From: Mycobacterium sp.
GTDB taxonomy: Bacteria > Actinomycetota > Actinomycetes > Mycobacteriales > Mycobacteriaceae
DNA length: 64,000 nt
NCBI GenBank assembly: GCA_035314925.1
Contig: DATFYT010000262.1
Location: 7,476 to 71,475, forward strand
Direction: 5' to 3'
This document shows positions 18,675 through 29,480 of the stretch, one piece after another. Each line of letters opens with the position of its first letter. Position 1 is the stretch's first letter. A program made the translations under genes and the position numbers. A model generated the notes under the pieces. The model saw nothing but the letters and a program-made list of their open reading frames with translations, did no database searches and was not told where the DNA came from.

Positions 18675-20033
18675 CTACGCGCTGAACAGTAAGTACAGGC
18701 CGGTAAAGGTGTAGCCGACCATGACCATCATCATGGTCAGCTGGCCGGTGAGTTGATGGCCGGTGGGCAGCAGACGCAGCGCTTTGTCATGGGCCGCAAT
18801 CACCGCCACGATGTGTCCGGTGACCACGCATGACACCTTGATGACGGCCAGCACCGTCGGGTGCATCGACAGCACATAGGCGACGTGCAAATGCGCCAGC
18901 CCGAGCAGGTTCCATCCCCGGCCCAACGGGTCGGCGAGGGCGAACACGGCCTGTTGGCCGCGCTCCACGAGATAGGACAGGTAGTGGGCGAAGATGTAGC
19001 CCACCACGATGGGAATCAGCGAGTGCGCCATCTGGCCCGGCAATGCGCGGCGCTGCTCTCGGTCGATCCCGCCGGTGGCGCGGGCGGCCAGCGAAAAGGT
19101 CGTCGCCACCACCGCAGCGAAGACCAGCAACCCGATGGTGCGCAGTGCCGACAACGAAACCGCCACCGGCACAACATGAATAGCCTTCGCCAACCCGTCG
19201 GCGAAGTTGCGCCAGGTCACCGATGACGAGAAGCTGTCGAACGCAGTCGAGCCGAGCAGTACCGCCAAAAGTGCGACCACGCCCGGGCGAATCGGTAGCG
19301 ACAGCAGGTGATCGAATGGGTTGCCGATCGCGATACGACGAGTCGCCGGGTTGCGCCGGAACGGCGAGAGTCGCGAAACCACCATGCTGTACACGCCGAA
19401 TGGGTCGACCCGAGCGAACCAGCGTTGCCCGCATAGCCAAGCCCCGCCCAGCAGCACTACGACGTAGATCAGCAGCCACGATTTGACCCACGGCAGCGAC
19501 GCCGGGTTCGGGCTGGCCAGTTCCATCCAGACAAACGCGAAAAGGCCCACCGCGGCCGGGCGATACCCCCAGCCTTCGGGATAAGACAGCCGAGCCCGGG
19601 AAAGGCTTTGCGGTGTAATGCGCTGCAGCAGTACATACACCGTGCGCACGGGCGAGATCACTCGCCACACCGGTCCGAAAAGCAATGAAACGGCCATCAG
19701 CCCGACCCACAGCAGCACATAGAACACACCAAGAAGGGCGTTCGCCTGCGTCTGTGGTCCCCACAGCCCGGCCAACACCACCCAGACGGCGAACAGCAAA
19801 GCGGCGGTGGCCGCGACCCCGCGGGTCAGCCTCGAATCCACCAGCGCGGTCATTGCTGACGGCAACGGGTGGCCCGGTTTGAGCGGATCAAATCGCGGCC
19901 GGCGCCAGGCGAACGCCACCAAGGCGAAGGTAAACGTCAACGCCCACGCCGCCCCGATCACCGAATACGCATAGGGGACTGGGAGATCGCTCGATCCGCC
20001 AAGACCGTGCGCCAGGACCACAGGGTCGGTCAC
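18675..20033 (-). CDS. Polytopic membrane protein with N-terminal AHG motif and intramembrane His residues
   Basis: LAHGLGGSSDLPVP, GSTAFDS, GYIFAHYLS and GHIVAVIAAHD; about 10 TM segments; GTGA coupling to the upstream gene. Confidence 0.85.
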   Translation of the reverse strand: MTDPVVLAHGLGGSSDLPVPYAYSVIGAAWALTFTFALVAFAWRRPRFDPLKPGHPLPSAMTALVDSRLTRGVAATAALLFAVWVVLAGLWGPQTQANALLGVFYVLLWVGLMAVSLLFGPVWRVISPVRTVYVLLQRITPQSLSRARLSYPEGWGYRPAAVGLFAFVWMELASPNPASLPWVKSWLLIYVVVLLGGAWLCGQRWFARVDPFGVYSMVVSRLSPFRRNPATRRIAIGNPFDHLLSLPIRPGVVALLAVLLGSTAFDSFSSSVTWRNFADGLAKAIHVVPVAVSLSALRTIGLLVFAAVVATTFSLAARATGGIDREQRRALPGQMAHSLIPIVVGYIFAHYLSYLVERGQQAVFALADPLGRGWNLLGLAHLHVAYVLSMHPTVLAVIKVSCVVTGHIVAVIAAHDKALRLLPTGHQLTGQLTMMMVMVGYTFTGLYLLFSA

Positions 20034-20404
20034 GGACGGACTTGGATTGTCGCGATCGTGCGGTCCAGGTGATGCAACTCGACATCGACGTTGCCCGGAA
20101 CGTCGACGGTGAACTGAAAGGTCTGGTTCGGCGCGGCGGCGATCTCGAATTTGTGATCAGGCACCGAGTGGACGTGCAATTCGTCTGCGGCGTCGCTGGT
20201 GATGTGGAACGTGATCGGTTGGCCCACCTTGGCCTGCAGCGTCGCATTGGCGGGGTTGACCTGCCGGTTGGCAATGGTGACGTTGACCGTGAGGTTGCCC
20301 GGCGCAGGGGAGTTCGCCGTGTTGCTGCATCCGACCAGGCCGATCAGCAGCGCTGAGACCGCAGCGGCGATGAGCGCGTGGCGAATTCGCGTCAAGACGC
20401 TCAC
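20030..20404 (-). CDS. Lipoprotein with a cupredoxin-like beta fold, His-rich
   Basis: Lipobox LVGC; beta-strand pattern AKVGQPITFHITSDAADELHVHS...FTVDVPGNVDVELHH; GTGA overlaps at both ends. Confidence 0.75.
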   Translation of the reverse strand: MSVLTRIRHALIAAAVSALLIGLVGCSNTANSPAPGNLTVNVTIANRQVNPANATLQAKVGQPITFHITSDAADELHVHSVPDHKFEIAAAPNQTFQFTVDVPGNVDVELHHLDRTIATIQVRP

Positions 20405-22260
20405 GCGGCCCGAGGCGGCGAGTGTTCCACCGCCTCTTCGCCCGGCTGGTTCGGGGCGCTCTCAGAATTGTTGATCCGGCCGGCGCCCCACGTCAGCGCG
20501 GTGATCACGCTCAGCGTGAAGAACAGCACCACGATGCCGCCGGCCGTGAATAGCCACGCCGGGACGTTCGGGTCGCGTTCGCGCTGCAGAATCGACACCT
20601 CGAACGCGAATGGCCGGGTGCCATTGGTGAGCACCGGAATCTCGGGCACCGGAATCGCATCGTCAGCCGGTGCCCAGATCGGCACCGCCGCCAACGTCCT
20701 GTCGTCGTGGACGCGCAGCAGCGTCTTCCAGTCGCCCCACACCGGGATCGGTTCGGTGGACACATAGTGGCCGGGGCCGACCTTCTGCAGCCGGTCGATC
20801 ACCAGGCCGCGGTGGTTGGCCATCTTGCCCTGCCAGGCCAGAATCGTCACCCAGTCCGGATGAGGCCCGACCAGGTCAGGCGGGTTGATCTGCACGTCGG
20901 CCGACACCATCCGTTGTCCGGGTTGGCTGGGCAGGTCACTGAGTTTGATGCTGGCGCTGTCCTGCTTGGGCACGTGGATGTGCAGACCGTTCGCCACGGT
21001 GCCGCCGATCACCAGCACCGTCAACGCCACTGCGGTGATGGCGAACGCCCTGCCCGGCAGACGCTGGCTGGTCAGCACCATCCCGAACATCGCCGCGCAT
21101 ATACCCGCCAGTATCGCAACCGGCACGGCCGTGGGCAGCGCCTCGCGCCACAGGGTGATCGGCCAGGGGTAGTGGTAGACCTTGCCGATCCACAGCGACT
21201 CCAGCCACAGCCCGGCCGTGCCGATGCCCAACCCGGCGACCGCGCCAAACAGGATGGGCCGCCGGAAGAGTGGGGTAAGCGCTAGCAACTCGACGACCAG
21301 GGCCGGACCTAGATACAGCGGGAACCAGTTGATCGCGGCGCCCAGGATCGGCCCGACGAGGAAAGCGACCGCGCCGCGCAGCGCGATAGCGAACAGCGCG
21401 GCGATAATCGCCGCGCCTCTACCCAGGGTGATGCGCGCGACGATGGTGCCGATCGCGGCGGCAGCGGCGATCAGCATCGGCTGGAACACCAGCCTGAATT
21501 GCGGCACGCCGAAATCGAATTCGATCTGGTACACCGACATGCCGATCAGCAGTCCGCCGCAGGACAGGTAGCGCACGAATCGGACAAAGGGGCGGTCTTT
21601 TCGCTCCAATGCGCCATCGGCGGGCGCGCTTGCCTGCAGGTATCGCTCGCCCTCGTACTCCAGCATGAGCACCGCGAAGAGGGAGAAGTTGGCGCCGCCG
21701 ATCATCATCAGATGGGTGGGGCCCCACAGCGTCACATCCTGGCCGAAGATGCGATGCCAGACGTCGTCGAGCGGGAAACCGATCATCGCGTAAAGACCGC
21801 AGGCCGCCATCAGCAACCCGCCCACCGGCGCGTACCAGTTGCGGGTGATGCGCAGCGCAGCCGGCCCCGGTTTGTCGAACGGCAGTACGACCGCCAACAT
21901 GCCGCCCACGAAGATGCCGAACAGGCCGATGATGATGAAGTAATGCGCTGGATTGGCCAGCGGTCCGGGGTCGCGGCCGTTGCCGATGTGCCAACTGACG
22001 TCCCAGATGAACCCGAACAGGGCGCAGATGATCGAGGTCGTGAACACCAAGACGGGCAGCGCGACCCACGATGGGCGGTCGAACTTTTGTCCCAGCCATT
22101 CCGCGCCGCTCGTCAACCAGGTGATGCGGCGCGTTCGATGCGCCCAGCCGACATACAGCATCACCGCGCTGATGATCATCGCCGCGATTGAAAGACCGAT
22201 TACCTGGTTGAGTCCGGCACCCCGTGCCGGCGGTTCGGCGGCTATGAAAGTGAGGACCAC
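20401..22260 (-). CDS. Large polytopic membrane protein with two PmoC/AmoC-like DxxWH...D...PxH motifs
   Basis: WDVSWHIGNGRDPGPLANPAH and LDDVWHRIFGQDVTLWGPTH; soluble beta domain near the C-terminus; GGGAGAAG RBS before GTG 22260. Confidence 0.85.
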   Translation of the reverse strand: MVLTFIAAEPPARGAGLNQVIGLSIAAMIISAVMLYVGWAHRTRRITWLTSGAEWLGQKFDRPSWVALPVLVFTTSIICALFGFIWDVSWHIGNGRDPGPLANPAHYFIIIGLFGIFVGGMLAVVLPFDKPGPAALRITRNWYAPVGGLLMAACGLYAMIGFPLDDVWHRIFGQDVTLWGPTHLMMIGGANFSLFAVLMLEYEGERYLQASAPADGALERKDRPFVRFVRYLSCGGLLIGMSVYQIEFDFGVPQFRLVFQPMLIAAAAAIGTIVARITLGRGAAIIAALFAIALRGAVAFLVGPILGAAINWFPLYLGPALVVELLALTPLFRRPILFGAVAGLGIGTAGLWLESLWIGKVYHYPWPITLWREALPTAVPVAILAGICAAMFGMVLTSQRLPGRAFAITAVALTVLVIGGTVANGLHIHVPKQDSASIKLSDLPSQPGQRMVSADVQINPPDLVGPHPDWVTILAWQGKMANHRGLVIDRLQKVGPGHYVSTEPIPVWGDWKTLLRVHDDRTLAAVPIWAPADDAIPVPEIPVLTNGTRPFAFEVSILQRERDPNVPAWLFTAGGIVVLFFTLSVITALTWGAGRINNSESAPNQPGEEAVEHSPPRAA

Positions 22261-22378
22261 GTCATCTTCTCCCAACGCGACAGTGCCCGGAATTTGCTAG
22301 ACGAGATGGAACTGACCTCACAGTAGGTTACCGATGCGTCGGGAGTTCAAACGTTGAATTGATCCCGCGGCGAGGACG

Positions 22379-22591
22379 TCAGGTTCGTTTGTCGTCGCTT
22401 CGCTCGTCGTCGTCGTCGACCAATGTGAGGCGCCGCTTCTCCGCATCGCTTCGCTCGTCGTCGTCGCCGCGGCGCCGGTCGCGGACGGCGATGTACAACA
22501 CAACCCCGACCACGATCACGGCGGGCAAGAACGCCGGTCCTGCCAGCAGGATCCAGTGGTGCGCCACGTACTCGACGTGCGGATCAGTCAA
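22379..22591 (-). CDS. Small single-TM protein with His-rich N-terminus
   Basis: PHVEYVAHHWILLAGPAFLPAVIVVGVVLYIAVRDRRR, then a charged tail; TTG start. Confidence 0.65.
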   Translation of the reverse strand: MTDPHVEYVAHHWILLAGPAFLPAVIVVGVVLYIAVRDRRRGDDDERSDAEKRRLTLVDDDDERSDDKRT

Positions 22592-22792
22592 TTGCGTTCA
22601 CATCCCGGGGCTTTACTTCTCGCACCCTTGGCGTACCCCGCGGCGGCCGCTGCAACCACATCACGTTTGTGCAGGTGCACATCGCTAGCCTAGCCTTGGC
22701 ACCGTTCAATGCAGGCTGCGATGAGCCCGGGGCGTTCTCGTCCCGTGTTCCGATACGACACGGACTTGGTTCAAAGAAATAAGGAGTAGCTG

Positions 22793-23827
22793 GTGACTCA
22801 GGCGGCGACTCGGCCCACTCCCGGCACCGACAGCACCGACATCCTGACCGTGGCTCGGCAACAGGTGCTCGAGGGCGGTCAGGGACTGAGCCACGAGCAG
22901 GTGCTGCAGGTGCTGCAACTGCCCGACGAGCGGCTCGAGGAACTCTTGGCCCTGGCCCACGAGGTGCGGATGGCCTCTTGCGGCCCCGAGGTCGAGGTCG
23001 AGGGCATCATCAGCCTGAAAACCGGCGGCTGCCCCGAGGATTGTCACTTCTGCTCACAGTCGGGGCTGTTCGCCTCGCCCGTGCGCAGCGCCTGGCTCGA
23101 CATCCCCAGCCTGGTGGAGGCGGCCAAGCAGACCGCCAAGACCGGTGCCACCGAGTTCTGCATTGTCGCCGCGGTACGCGGACCCGACGAGCGGTTGCTG
23201 GCCCAAGTGGCCGCGGGCATCGAGGCTATCCGCGACGCCGTCGACATCCAGATCGCCTGCTCGCTGGGCATGCTGACCGCCGAGCAGGTCGAGCGCCTGT
23301 CGGCGATGGGTGTGCACCGCTACAACCACAACCTGGAGACCGCCCGCTCGTTCTTCCCCAACGTCGTGACGACCCACAGCTGGGAAGAGCGCTGGCAGAC
23401 GCTGTCGATGGTGCGCGAGGCCGGCATGGAGGTGTGCTGCGGCGGCATTCTCGGCATGGGCGAGACGATCGAGCAGCGCGCCGAGTTCGCCGCCAACCTG
23501 GCCGAGCTGGACCCCGATGAGGTGCCGCTGAATTTCCTCAACCCGCGTCCCGGCACGCCGTTCGGCGACCTCGAGGTGCTGCCGGCCAGCGAAGCGCTGA
23601 AAGCGGTGGCCGCCTTCCGGCTGGCATTGCCGCGCACCATGCTGCGTTTCGCCGGTGGTCGCGAGATCACGCTCGGCGACCTGGGCGCCAAGCAAGGCAT
23701 CTTGGGCGGTATCAACGCCGTGATCGTCGGCAACTACCTGACGACGCTGGGCCGTCCCGCCGAGGCCGATCTCGAGCTGCTCGACGACCTGCAGATGCCG
23801 ATCAAAGCGCTCAACGCGAGCCTGTAG
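22793..23827 (+). CDS. bioB: Biotin synthase
   Basis: [11 protein letters not shown] radical SAM motif; YNHNLET; AAGGAG RBS. Confidence 0.98.
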   Translation: MTQAATRPTPGTDSTDILTVARQQVLEGGQGLSHEQVLQVLQLPDERLEELLALAHEVRMASCGPEVEVEGIISLKTGGCPEDCHFCSQSGLFASPVRSAWLDIPSLVEAAKQTAKTGATEFCIVAAVRGPDERLLAQVAAGIEAIRDAVDIQIACSLGMLTAEQVERLSAMGVHRYNHNLETARSFFPNVVTTHSWEERWQTLSMVREAGMEVCCGGILGMGETIEQRAEFAANLAELDPDEVPLNFLNPRPGTPFGDLEVLPASEALKAVAAFRLALPRTMLRFAGGREITLGDLGAKQGILGGINAVIVGNYLTTLGRPAEADLELLDDLQMPIKALNASL

Positions 23828-23837
23828 AACGCCATTG

Positions 23838-24068
23838 ATGGTCCGTGACGATCTGCCCGCGCCGGTGGGCGCGGGCATCTACAACGTCTACACCGGGGAT
23901 GCCGCCGGCGGCACCGTTCCGACGGCGGCCCAGCTCGGCCTTGAGCCGCCCCGGTTCTGCGCCGAGTGCGGCCGCCGGATGGTCGTGCAGGTCCGTCCCG
24001 ACGGCTGGTGGGCCAAGTGCTCGCGGCACGGGCTGGTGGATTCGACCGACCTGGACGCGCGCCGATGA
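23838..24068 (+). CDS. bsaP: Biotin synthase auxiliary protein (Rv1590-like)
   Basis: [32 protein letters not shown] directly after bioB. Confidence 0.9.
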   Translation: MVRDDLPAPVGAGIYNVYTGDAAGGTVPTAAQLGLEPPRFCAECGRRMVVQVRPDGWWAKCSRHGLVDSTDLDARR

Positions 24069-24706
24069 CCGGGCTGGTAAGTCCGCAGCCCTCCGTGCCG
24101 CCACGGACCTCGCGCCGGCGAGCGATCGTGGTGATCGCGGCGGGGCTGTTGATCGCGGGGGCGGCCATCGGTGGGCTATGGGCATGGATTGCCCCGCCGA
24201 TCCACGGCGTGATGGCGTTGACCCACGAGGGTGACCGGGTGCACGACTATCTGGGCGATGAATCCGAGCTCTTCTTCGTCGCGCCGTTCCTGATGCTCGG
24301 CCTGCTGAACGTCGTCGCCGCCGTGGCGGCTGTGCTGGCCTGGCAGTGGCGCGCGCACCGCGGGCCGGCGATGGTGACCGGGCTTTGCGCGGGCGTGGTC
24401 ATCGCTGCGGGCGCCGCCGTCAGCGTTGGCGCGCTATTGGTGCATCTGCGTTATGGCGCAGTGGATCTCGCGGCGGTACCGGTCAGCCACGGCCATCCGG
24501 TGTACTACTTCACCGAGGCGCCGCCGGTGTTCCTCGGTCGGACTGGGTGGCAGATCGCTTGCACGCTGCTGCTACCCGCGAGCACCGCCGCGCTGGTCTA
24601 CGCGGTACCCGTCGCGGCAACCGCGCGCGACGATCTTGGCGGTTATCCGGCCGTCGACGCCGTTTATCCGCAGCCCGCGGGCGCGTCGACGTCCGCGCCG
24701 TCATAG
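24065..24706 (+). CDS. DUF2567-type membrane protein (Rv1591-like)
   Basis: [25 protein letters not shown] and ARDDLGGYP; ATGA overlap. Confidence 0.85.
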   Translation: MTGLVSPQPSVPPRTSRRRAIVVIAAGLLIAGAAIGGLWAWIAPPIHGVMALTHEGDRVHDYLGDESELFFVAPFLMLGLLNVVAAVAAVLAWQWRAHRGPAMVTGLCAGVVIAAGAAVSVGALLVHLRYGAVDLAAVPVSHGHPVYYFTEAPPVFLGRTGWQIACTLLLPASTAALVYAVPVAATARDDLGGYPAVDAVYPQPAGASTSAPS

Positions 24707-26053
24707 CGGGCGGCGGCGCACCGGCTTTCCGGTGATCACCTTGGCCGCGATCACGGCCAGCCGCGCCATCCCGACGTAGGTTGCCGGGTTGAACATCGTC
24801 GGCCATTTCGTCCTGACCAGATGATCGGTCACCGGTCGGCCGGCAAACCGGTCTTGCAGCCAGCGCAGCGTCATCGGCGCAGACAGCGGGTGCAGCAGCA
24901 GGTGCTCGTTGAATGCATCGCGGTGGTAGGTGACGTCGGCTCCACCGGTCGAGTAGGTATTGGCCAATTCGTCGATGTCCTCGACGTCGATCAGGTAGTC
25001 GTGTACGGCCTGCACGATCAAAACCGGGGGTGTGGGGACCGTGGCGCCCAGCTTGATGCTGTCGAAGACGTGCTGAACCTCCGGCATCGTAAGGATTTCC
25101 TCGAGCGGCCGGTCGAGGTAGACGCCGACGTCCTTCTTCACCATCCGCAGCACCGCGCCCACCGTGGTCATCCCCTCCAACCGCTGCAGCAGGGCGCGCC
25201 CCTCGTCGTTGGCGTGCTCCTGGATCACCCGGTCCAGGTCGGGGTAGATGTGGGCCAGCGCCGCGATCACCATCGCGGGCAGACCCGACAGGAAGGTGCC
25301 GTTGAGCCGACGGAACGTGTGGCCGAGGTCGCCGACCGGTGACCCGAGTACGGCGCCGACGATGTCGAGTTCGGGCGCGTAGTCGGCGCAAAGTTCAGCG
25401 GCCCACGCGGTGGCCAGTCCGCCGCCGGAATATCCCCATAGTGCCACTGGGGTCGAGCCCCCCGGCGCCGACGGCGACAGTCCGAGGCGTTCGGCGCTCA
25501 GTGCGGCCCGTACTCCGTCGAGAATGAAATAGCCGGGTTCGTATGGCGCGCCCCACATGCCGGTGCGGCCTTCGTGGTCGGGTATCGAGACCGCCCAGCC
25601 TTCCGCGAGGGCGGCGGTGATGAGCAGCAACTCCAGTTGCGCCAGCGCGCCGACCGCCCACGCGTTTCGCCGCAACGCATACGACGGAAAGCAGCGGGAT
25701 GTCACCGCGTCGATCGCGCACTGATACGACAACACCGGGCAGGGGTGTTCGGGAGTGACGTCCGCGGGGACGATCACCGTGGTCGCCGTCGCCTCCGGGT
25801 TGCCGTTCATATCCGTCGTCCGGTACAGCAGCTGAGTGGCCATGGCCCGCTGCGGTATCAGGCCCAGAAATGCCAGCTCGACGTCGCGCGAACGCAGCAC
25901 CGTGCCAGGCATGGCGTGCTGATAACCAGGCGGGGGCTGGTAGAACGGGTCGTTCGACGGGAGCAGCGGGTGGGTCTTGGGCCGCAACTCTTCATGGGGT
26001 GCGCGACCGATCCAGTCCGCGCCGGTGGTGCTCGCAAGGCTGCCAATGTCCAT
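24701..26053 (-). CDS. Secretory lipase family protein (Rv1592c-like)
   Basis: [13 protein letters not shown] and the WGYSGGG nucleophile elbow. Confidence 0.92.
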   Translation of the reverse strand: MDIGSLASTTGADWIGRAPHEELRPKTHPLLPSNDPFYQPPPGYQHAMPGTVLRSRDVELAFLGLIPQRAMATQLLYRTTDMNGNPEATATTVIVPADVTPEHPCPVLSYQCAIDAVTSRCFPSYALRRNAWAVGALAQLELLLITAALAEGWAVSIPDHEGRTGMWGAPYEPGYFILDGVRAALSAERLGLSPSAPGGSTPVALWGYSGGGLATAWAAELCADYAPELDIVGAVLGSPVGDLGHTFRRLNGTFLSGLPAMVIAALAHIYPDLDRVIQEHANDEGRALLQRLEGMTTVGAVLRMVKKDVGVYLDRPLEEILTMPEVQHVFDSIKLGATVPTPPVLIVQAVHDYLIDVEDIDELANTYSTGGADVTYHRDAFNEHLLLHPLSAPMTLRWLQDRFAGRPVTDHLVRTKWPTMFNPATYVGMARLAVIAAKVITGKPVRRRPL

Positions 26054-26067
26054 CCGGGCATTGTTCC

Positions 26068-26799
26068 TTAAGAGGGCATTAAGAATCCAGTCGCCCCGCC
26101 GGGAGGTCGCAAGGCGGCGAACTCGTCGGTGACCCGCAACTGCGAGTCGGTGAAGCGGTACAGCGCTGCCGGGCGGCCGCCGCTGCGCCCGGATTGCGCG
26201 ACGGTGCCGGTCGTAGTGATCACGCCGCGACGGGCCAGCACGCGCTGCAAGTTCGTGCTATCGACCTGATGCCCCAGCGCGGCGCTGTAAATGTCACGCA
26301 GCGTCGAGAGCGCGAATTCGGTTGGTGCCAAGGCGAATCCGATGTTCGTGTAGGACATCTTCGCCACCAGCCGGGTGCGGGCGTGCTCGACCATCGGGCC
26401 GTGGTCGAACGCCATCGTCGGCAGCGCGGTGACCGGGTGCCAGCGGGTGTCGGGCGGCAATTCCGGGGTGGCGGGGGAGGGCACCAGGCCCAGGAACGTC
26501 GACGCGATCGTGCGGGTGCCGGGCACTCGCTCGGGGTCGGAGAACACCGCGAGTTGCTCCAAATGAGCGACCTCCCGCAGGTCAACCTTCTCTGCCAGTT
26601 GACGGCGCACCGACGTCGTCATGTCCTCGTCGTGGCGCAGCTGACCACCCGGCAACGACCACGCACCTTGCTGCGGGTCGCGCGCGCGCTGCCAGAGCAG
26701 GACGTCGAGCTGGGGCTTCTGGGCCTTCGGCCCAGGCCCGAGGCCGCGAACCTGGAACACGACGGCGAGCACTTCGTGAGCAGTGCTACCATGTGGCAT
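26068..26799 (-). CDS. nrtR: Nudix-family NAD regulator NrtR (Rv1593c-like)
   Basis: [14 protein letters not shown] Nudix box; C-terminal wHTH with [10 protein letters not shown]; divergent from nadA. Confidence 0.9.
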   Translation of the reverse strand: MPHGSTAHEVLAVVFQVRGLGPGPKAQKPQLDVLLWQRARDPQQGAWSLPGGQLRHDEDMTTSVRRQLAEKVDLREVAHLEQLAVFSDPERVPGTRTIASTFLGLVPSPATPELPPDTRWHPVTALPTMAFDHGPMVEHARTRLVAKMSYTNIGFALAPTEFALSTLRDIYSAALGHQVDSTNLQRVLARRGVITTTGTVAQSGRSGGRPAALYRFTDSQLRVTDEFAALRPPGGATGFLMPS

Positions 26800-26822
26800 G
26801 TTTTCGATTATAAGTCGAAAAC
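26800..26822. promoter_or_regulatory. NrtR operator palindrome
   Basis: GTTTTCGA-ttataag-TCGAAAAC between nrtR and nadA. Confidence 0.88.
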
Positions 26823-26847
26823 CCGGTCGGGGGCGAAGGGATCGGCC

Positions 26848-27897
26848 ATGACGGTTCTGAATCGCACGGATCCGGTGGCGGAAGACCTGGCCGCGGCAAT
26901 CACCAGCTCGCCCACCGGATACGCGGGCGTCGAGGGCGACGAGCGATGGGCGACCGAAATCCGGCGGCTGGCCGAGCTGCGCAACGCCACGATTCTGGCG
27001 CACAACTACCAGCTACCCGCCATCCAGGATGTCGCCGATCACGTCGGCGACTCGCTGGCGCTGTCCCGGATCGCCGCCGAGGCGCCCGAGGAAACCATCG
27101 TGTTCTGCGGCGTGCACTTCATGGCCGAGACCGCGAAAATCCTCAGCCCGGAGAAGACCGTGCTGATCCCCGACCAGCGCGCGGGCTGCTCGCTGGCCGA
27201 CTCGATCACCGCCGAGGAGCTGCAGGCCTGGAAGGACGAACACCCCGGTGCCGTCGTCGTCTCGTACGTCAACACCACCGCGGCGGTCAAGGCGCTCACC
27301 GACGTCTGCTGCACTTCGTCGAACGCCGTCGACGTGGTCGCCTCCATCGACGCCGACCGCGAGGTGCTGTTCTGCCCCGACCAGTTCCTCGGGGCGCATG
27401 TCCGCCGCGAGACCGGGCGCCAGAACCTGCACGTGTGGGCCGGCGAATGCCACGTGCACGCCGGCATCAACGGTGACGAGCTGACCGATCAGGCGCGCAA
27501 GCACCCGGACGCCGAATTGTTCGTCCACCCGGAATGCGGCTGTGCGACCTCAGCGCTATATCTGGCCGGCGAAGGCGCCTTCCCCGAGGAGCGAGTGAAG
27601 ATCTTGTCGACCGGCGGCATGCTGGACGCCGCGCGGGCCACCCAGGCCCGCCAGGTGCTGGTCGCCACCGAGGTCGGGATGCTGTATCAGCTGCGCAACG
27701 CCGCGCCCGGCGTCGACTTCCAAGCGGTCAACGACCGCGCGTCATGCAAATACATGAAGATGATCACTCCCGCCGCGCTGTTGCGTTGCCTGATCGAGGG
27801 CGCCGACGAAGTCCACGTCGATGCGCAAACTGCTGGGCTGGCGCGGCGAAGCGTGCAGCGGATGATCGCCATCGGCCAGCCCGGCGGCGGCGAATGA
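26848..27897 (+). CDS. nadA: Quinolinate synthase
   Basis: [35 protein letters not shown] and SCKYMK. Confidence 0.97.
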   Translation: MTVLNRTDPVAEDLAAAITSSPTGYAGVEGDERWATEIRRLAELRNATILAHNYQLPAIQDVADHVGDSLALSRIAAEAPEETIVFCGVHFMAETAKILSPEKTVLIPDQRAGCSLADSITAEELQAWKDEHPGAVVVSYVNTTAAVKALTDVCCTSSNAVDVVASIDADREVLFCPDQFLGAHVRRETGRQNLHVWAGECHVHAGINGDELTDQARKHPDAELFVHPECGCATSALYLAGEGAFPEERVKILSTGGMLDAARATQARQVLVATEVGMLYQLRNAAPGVDFQAVNDRASCKYMKMITPAALLRCLIEGADEVHVDAQTAGLARRSVQRMIAIGQPGGGE

Positions 27898-29480
27898 GCA
27901 TTCGTCCGGCCTGGCAGCAACAGGCCGACGTCGTGGTCATCGGCACCGGCGTCGCCGGCCTGGCCGCCGGGCTGGCCGCCCATCGTGCCGGGCGCAGGGT
28001 CATCGTGCTCAGCAAGGCGCGCCGCAGGTTTGGCGTGACGGCCACGCACTACGCCCAAGGCGGGATCGCGGTGGTGTTGCCGGATACCGACGACTCGGTC
28101 GAGGCGCATGTCGCCGACACGCTCGCTGCCGGCGCCGGCCTCTGCGATGCCGACGCCGTGAGGTCGATAGTCGCCGACGGTTACCGCGCGGTGGCCGAAT
28201 TAGTAAGCCAGGGAGCACGATTCGACGAGGTGACGGCCGGCGAATGGGCGCTGAGCCGCGAAGGTGGGCATTCGCGACGGCGCATCGTGCACGCCGGCGG
28301 CGACGCTACCGGCGCGGAAGTCCAGCGCGCGCTCGACGACGCGGCGGGCACACTCGACATTCGCACCGACCACGCCGTCCTGCGCTTGCTGCGCGACGCG
28401 GACTCGGTGACCGGCGTGCTGGTGGCCAATCCGGATGGCGTCGGCGTTGTTCACGCGGCGTCGGTGATCTTGGCCACCGGCGGGCTGGGACACCTCTACG
28501 GCGCGACCACCAATCCCGACGGCTCGACCGGCGACGGGATCGCCTTGGCCATGTGGGCCGGTGTCGCGGTGAGCGACATCGAGTTCATCCAGTTCCACCC
28601 CACCATGCTGTACGACGCCTATGCCGGCCGAGGCGCCGGCAGCAGGCGACCGCTGGTCACCGAAGCGATCCGCGGCGAAGGCGCGATTTTGGTTGATAGC
28701 CACGGCAATTCGGTCACCGCGGGCGCGCATCCGATGGGCGACCTGGCGCCACGCGACGTAGTGGCGGCCGCCGTCGACGCCCGGCTGCGCGCAACCGGCG
28801 ACCCGTGTGTCTACCTCGACGCCCGCAGCATCGCGGATTTCGAGGACCGCTTCCCCACCGTCACCGCCGCGTGCCGCAAAGTCGGCGTCGACCCTGTTCG
28901 CCAGCCGATCCCGGTGGTTCCGGGTGCGCACTACAGCTGCGGCGGCGTCGTTACCGATGTGCATGGACAAACCGAGCTGCCCGGCCTGTTCGCCGCGGGT
29001 GAGGTCGCTCGAACCGGAATGCACGGCGCCAACCGGCTGGCGTCCAACAGCCTGCTGGAGGGGCTGGTCGTCGGCGGCCGGGCGGGCCGCTCCGCGGCGG
29101 CGCACGCGGTGCTTGTCGGACGTCCGCGAGCGACGGCACCGGAATCGACCGGCCGTCCCGCGCTGGCCCGCGCCGACCTGCAGCCGGCGATGAGTCGCGA
29201 TGCCTCGGTCGTCCGCGACGGCGATGGTCTGCGCCGGTTGGCCCGCACACTGGCGGCTGCGCCGCTGCGGGCCATGTTCACCCTTGTCGACCTCGAAGAC
29301 GCGGCGTTGACCGTGACCGCCCGCGCGGTTGCGGCCGCCGCGCTGGCCCGCGACGAGAGCCGCGGCTGTCACCACCGGGCCGAATACCCCGACGCCGCCG
29401 TCGTGCCGGCGCGCAGCATCGTCGTCCGGCTGGCCGATGACGACAGCGCGCAGGTCGAGGAGCCGGCGGCGGTGTGCTGA
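27894..29480 (+). CDS. nadB: L-aspartate oxidase
   Basis: [32 protein letters not shown] and [11 protein letters not shown]. Confidence 0.97.
   Translation: MSIRPAWQQQADVVVIGTGVAGLAAGLAAHRAGRRVIVLSKARRRFGVTATHYAQGGIAVVLPDTDDSVEAHVADTLAAGAGLCDADAVRSIVADGYRAVAELVSQGARFDEVTAGEWALSREGGHSRRRIVHAGGDATGAEVQRALDDAAGTLDIRTDHAVLRLLRDADSVTGVLVANPDGVGVVHAASVILATGGLGHLYGATTNPDGSTGDGIALAMWAGVAVSDIEFIQFHPTMLYDAYAGRGAGSRRPLVTEAIRGEGAILVDSHGNSVTAGAHPMGDLAPRDVVAAAVDARLRATGDPCVYLDARSIADFEDRFPTVTAACRKVGVDPVRQPIPVVPGAHYSCGGVVTDVHGQTELPGLFAAGEVARTGMHGANRLASNSLLEGLVVGGRAGRSAAAHAVLVGRPRATAPESTGRPALARADLQPAMSRDASVVRDGDGLRRLARTLAAAPLRAMFTLVDLEDAALTVTARAVAAAALARDESRGCHHRAEYPDAAVVPARSIVVRLADDDSAQVEEPAAVC

Noticed and set aside
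8269-22591. Prophage at the phiRv1-equivalent position
   Set aside because: No integrase, capsid, terminase or flanking att repeats were recognised; the content is metabolic and membrane genes.
18675-22591. Calling the His-rich operon a bona fide pmo/amo CAB operon
   Set aside because: There is no recognisable PmoA or full PmoB sequence; the similarity is limited to short motifs, so it is reported only as a hypothesis.
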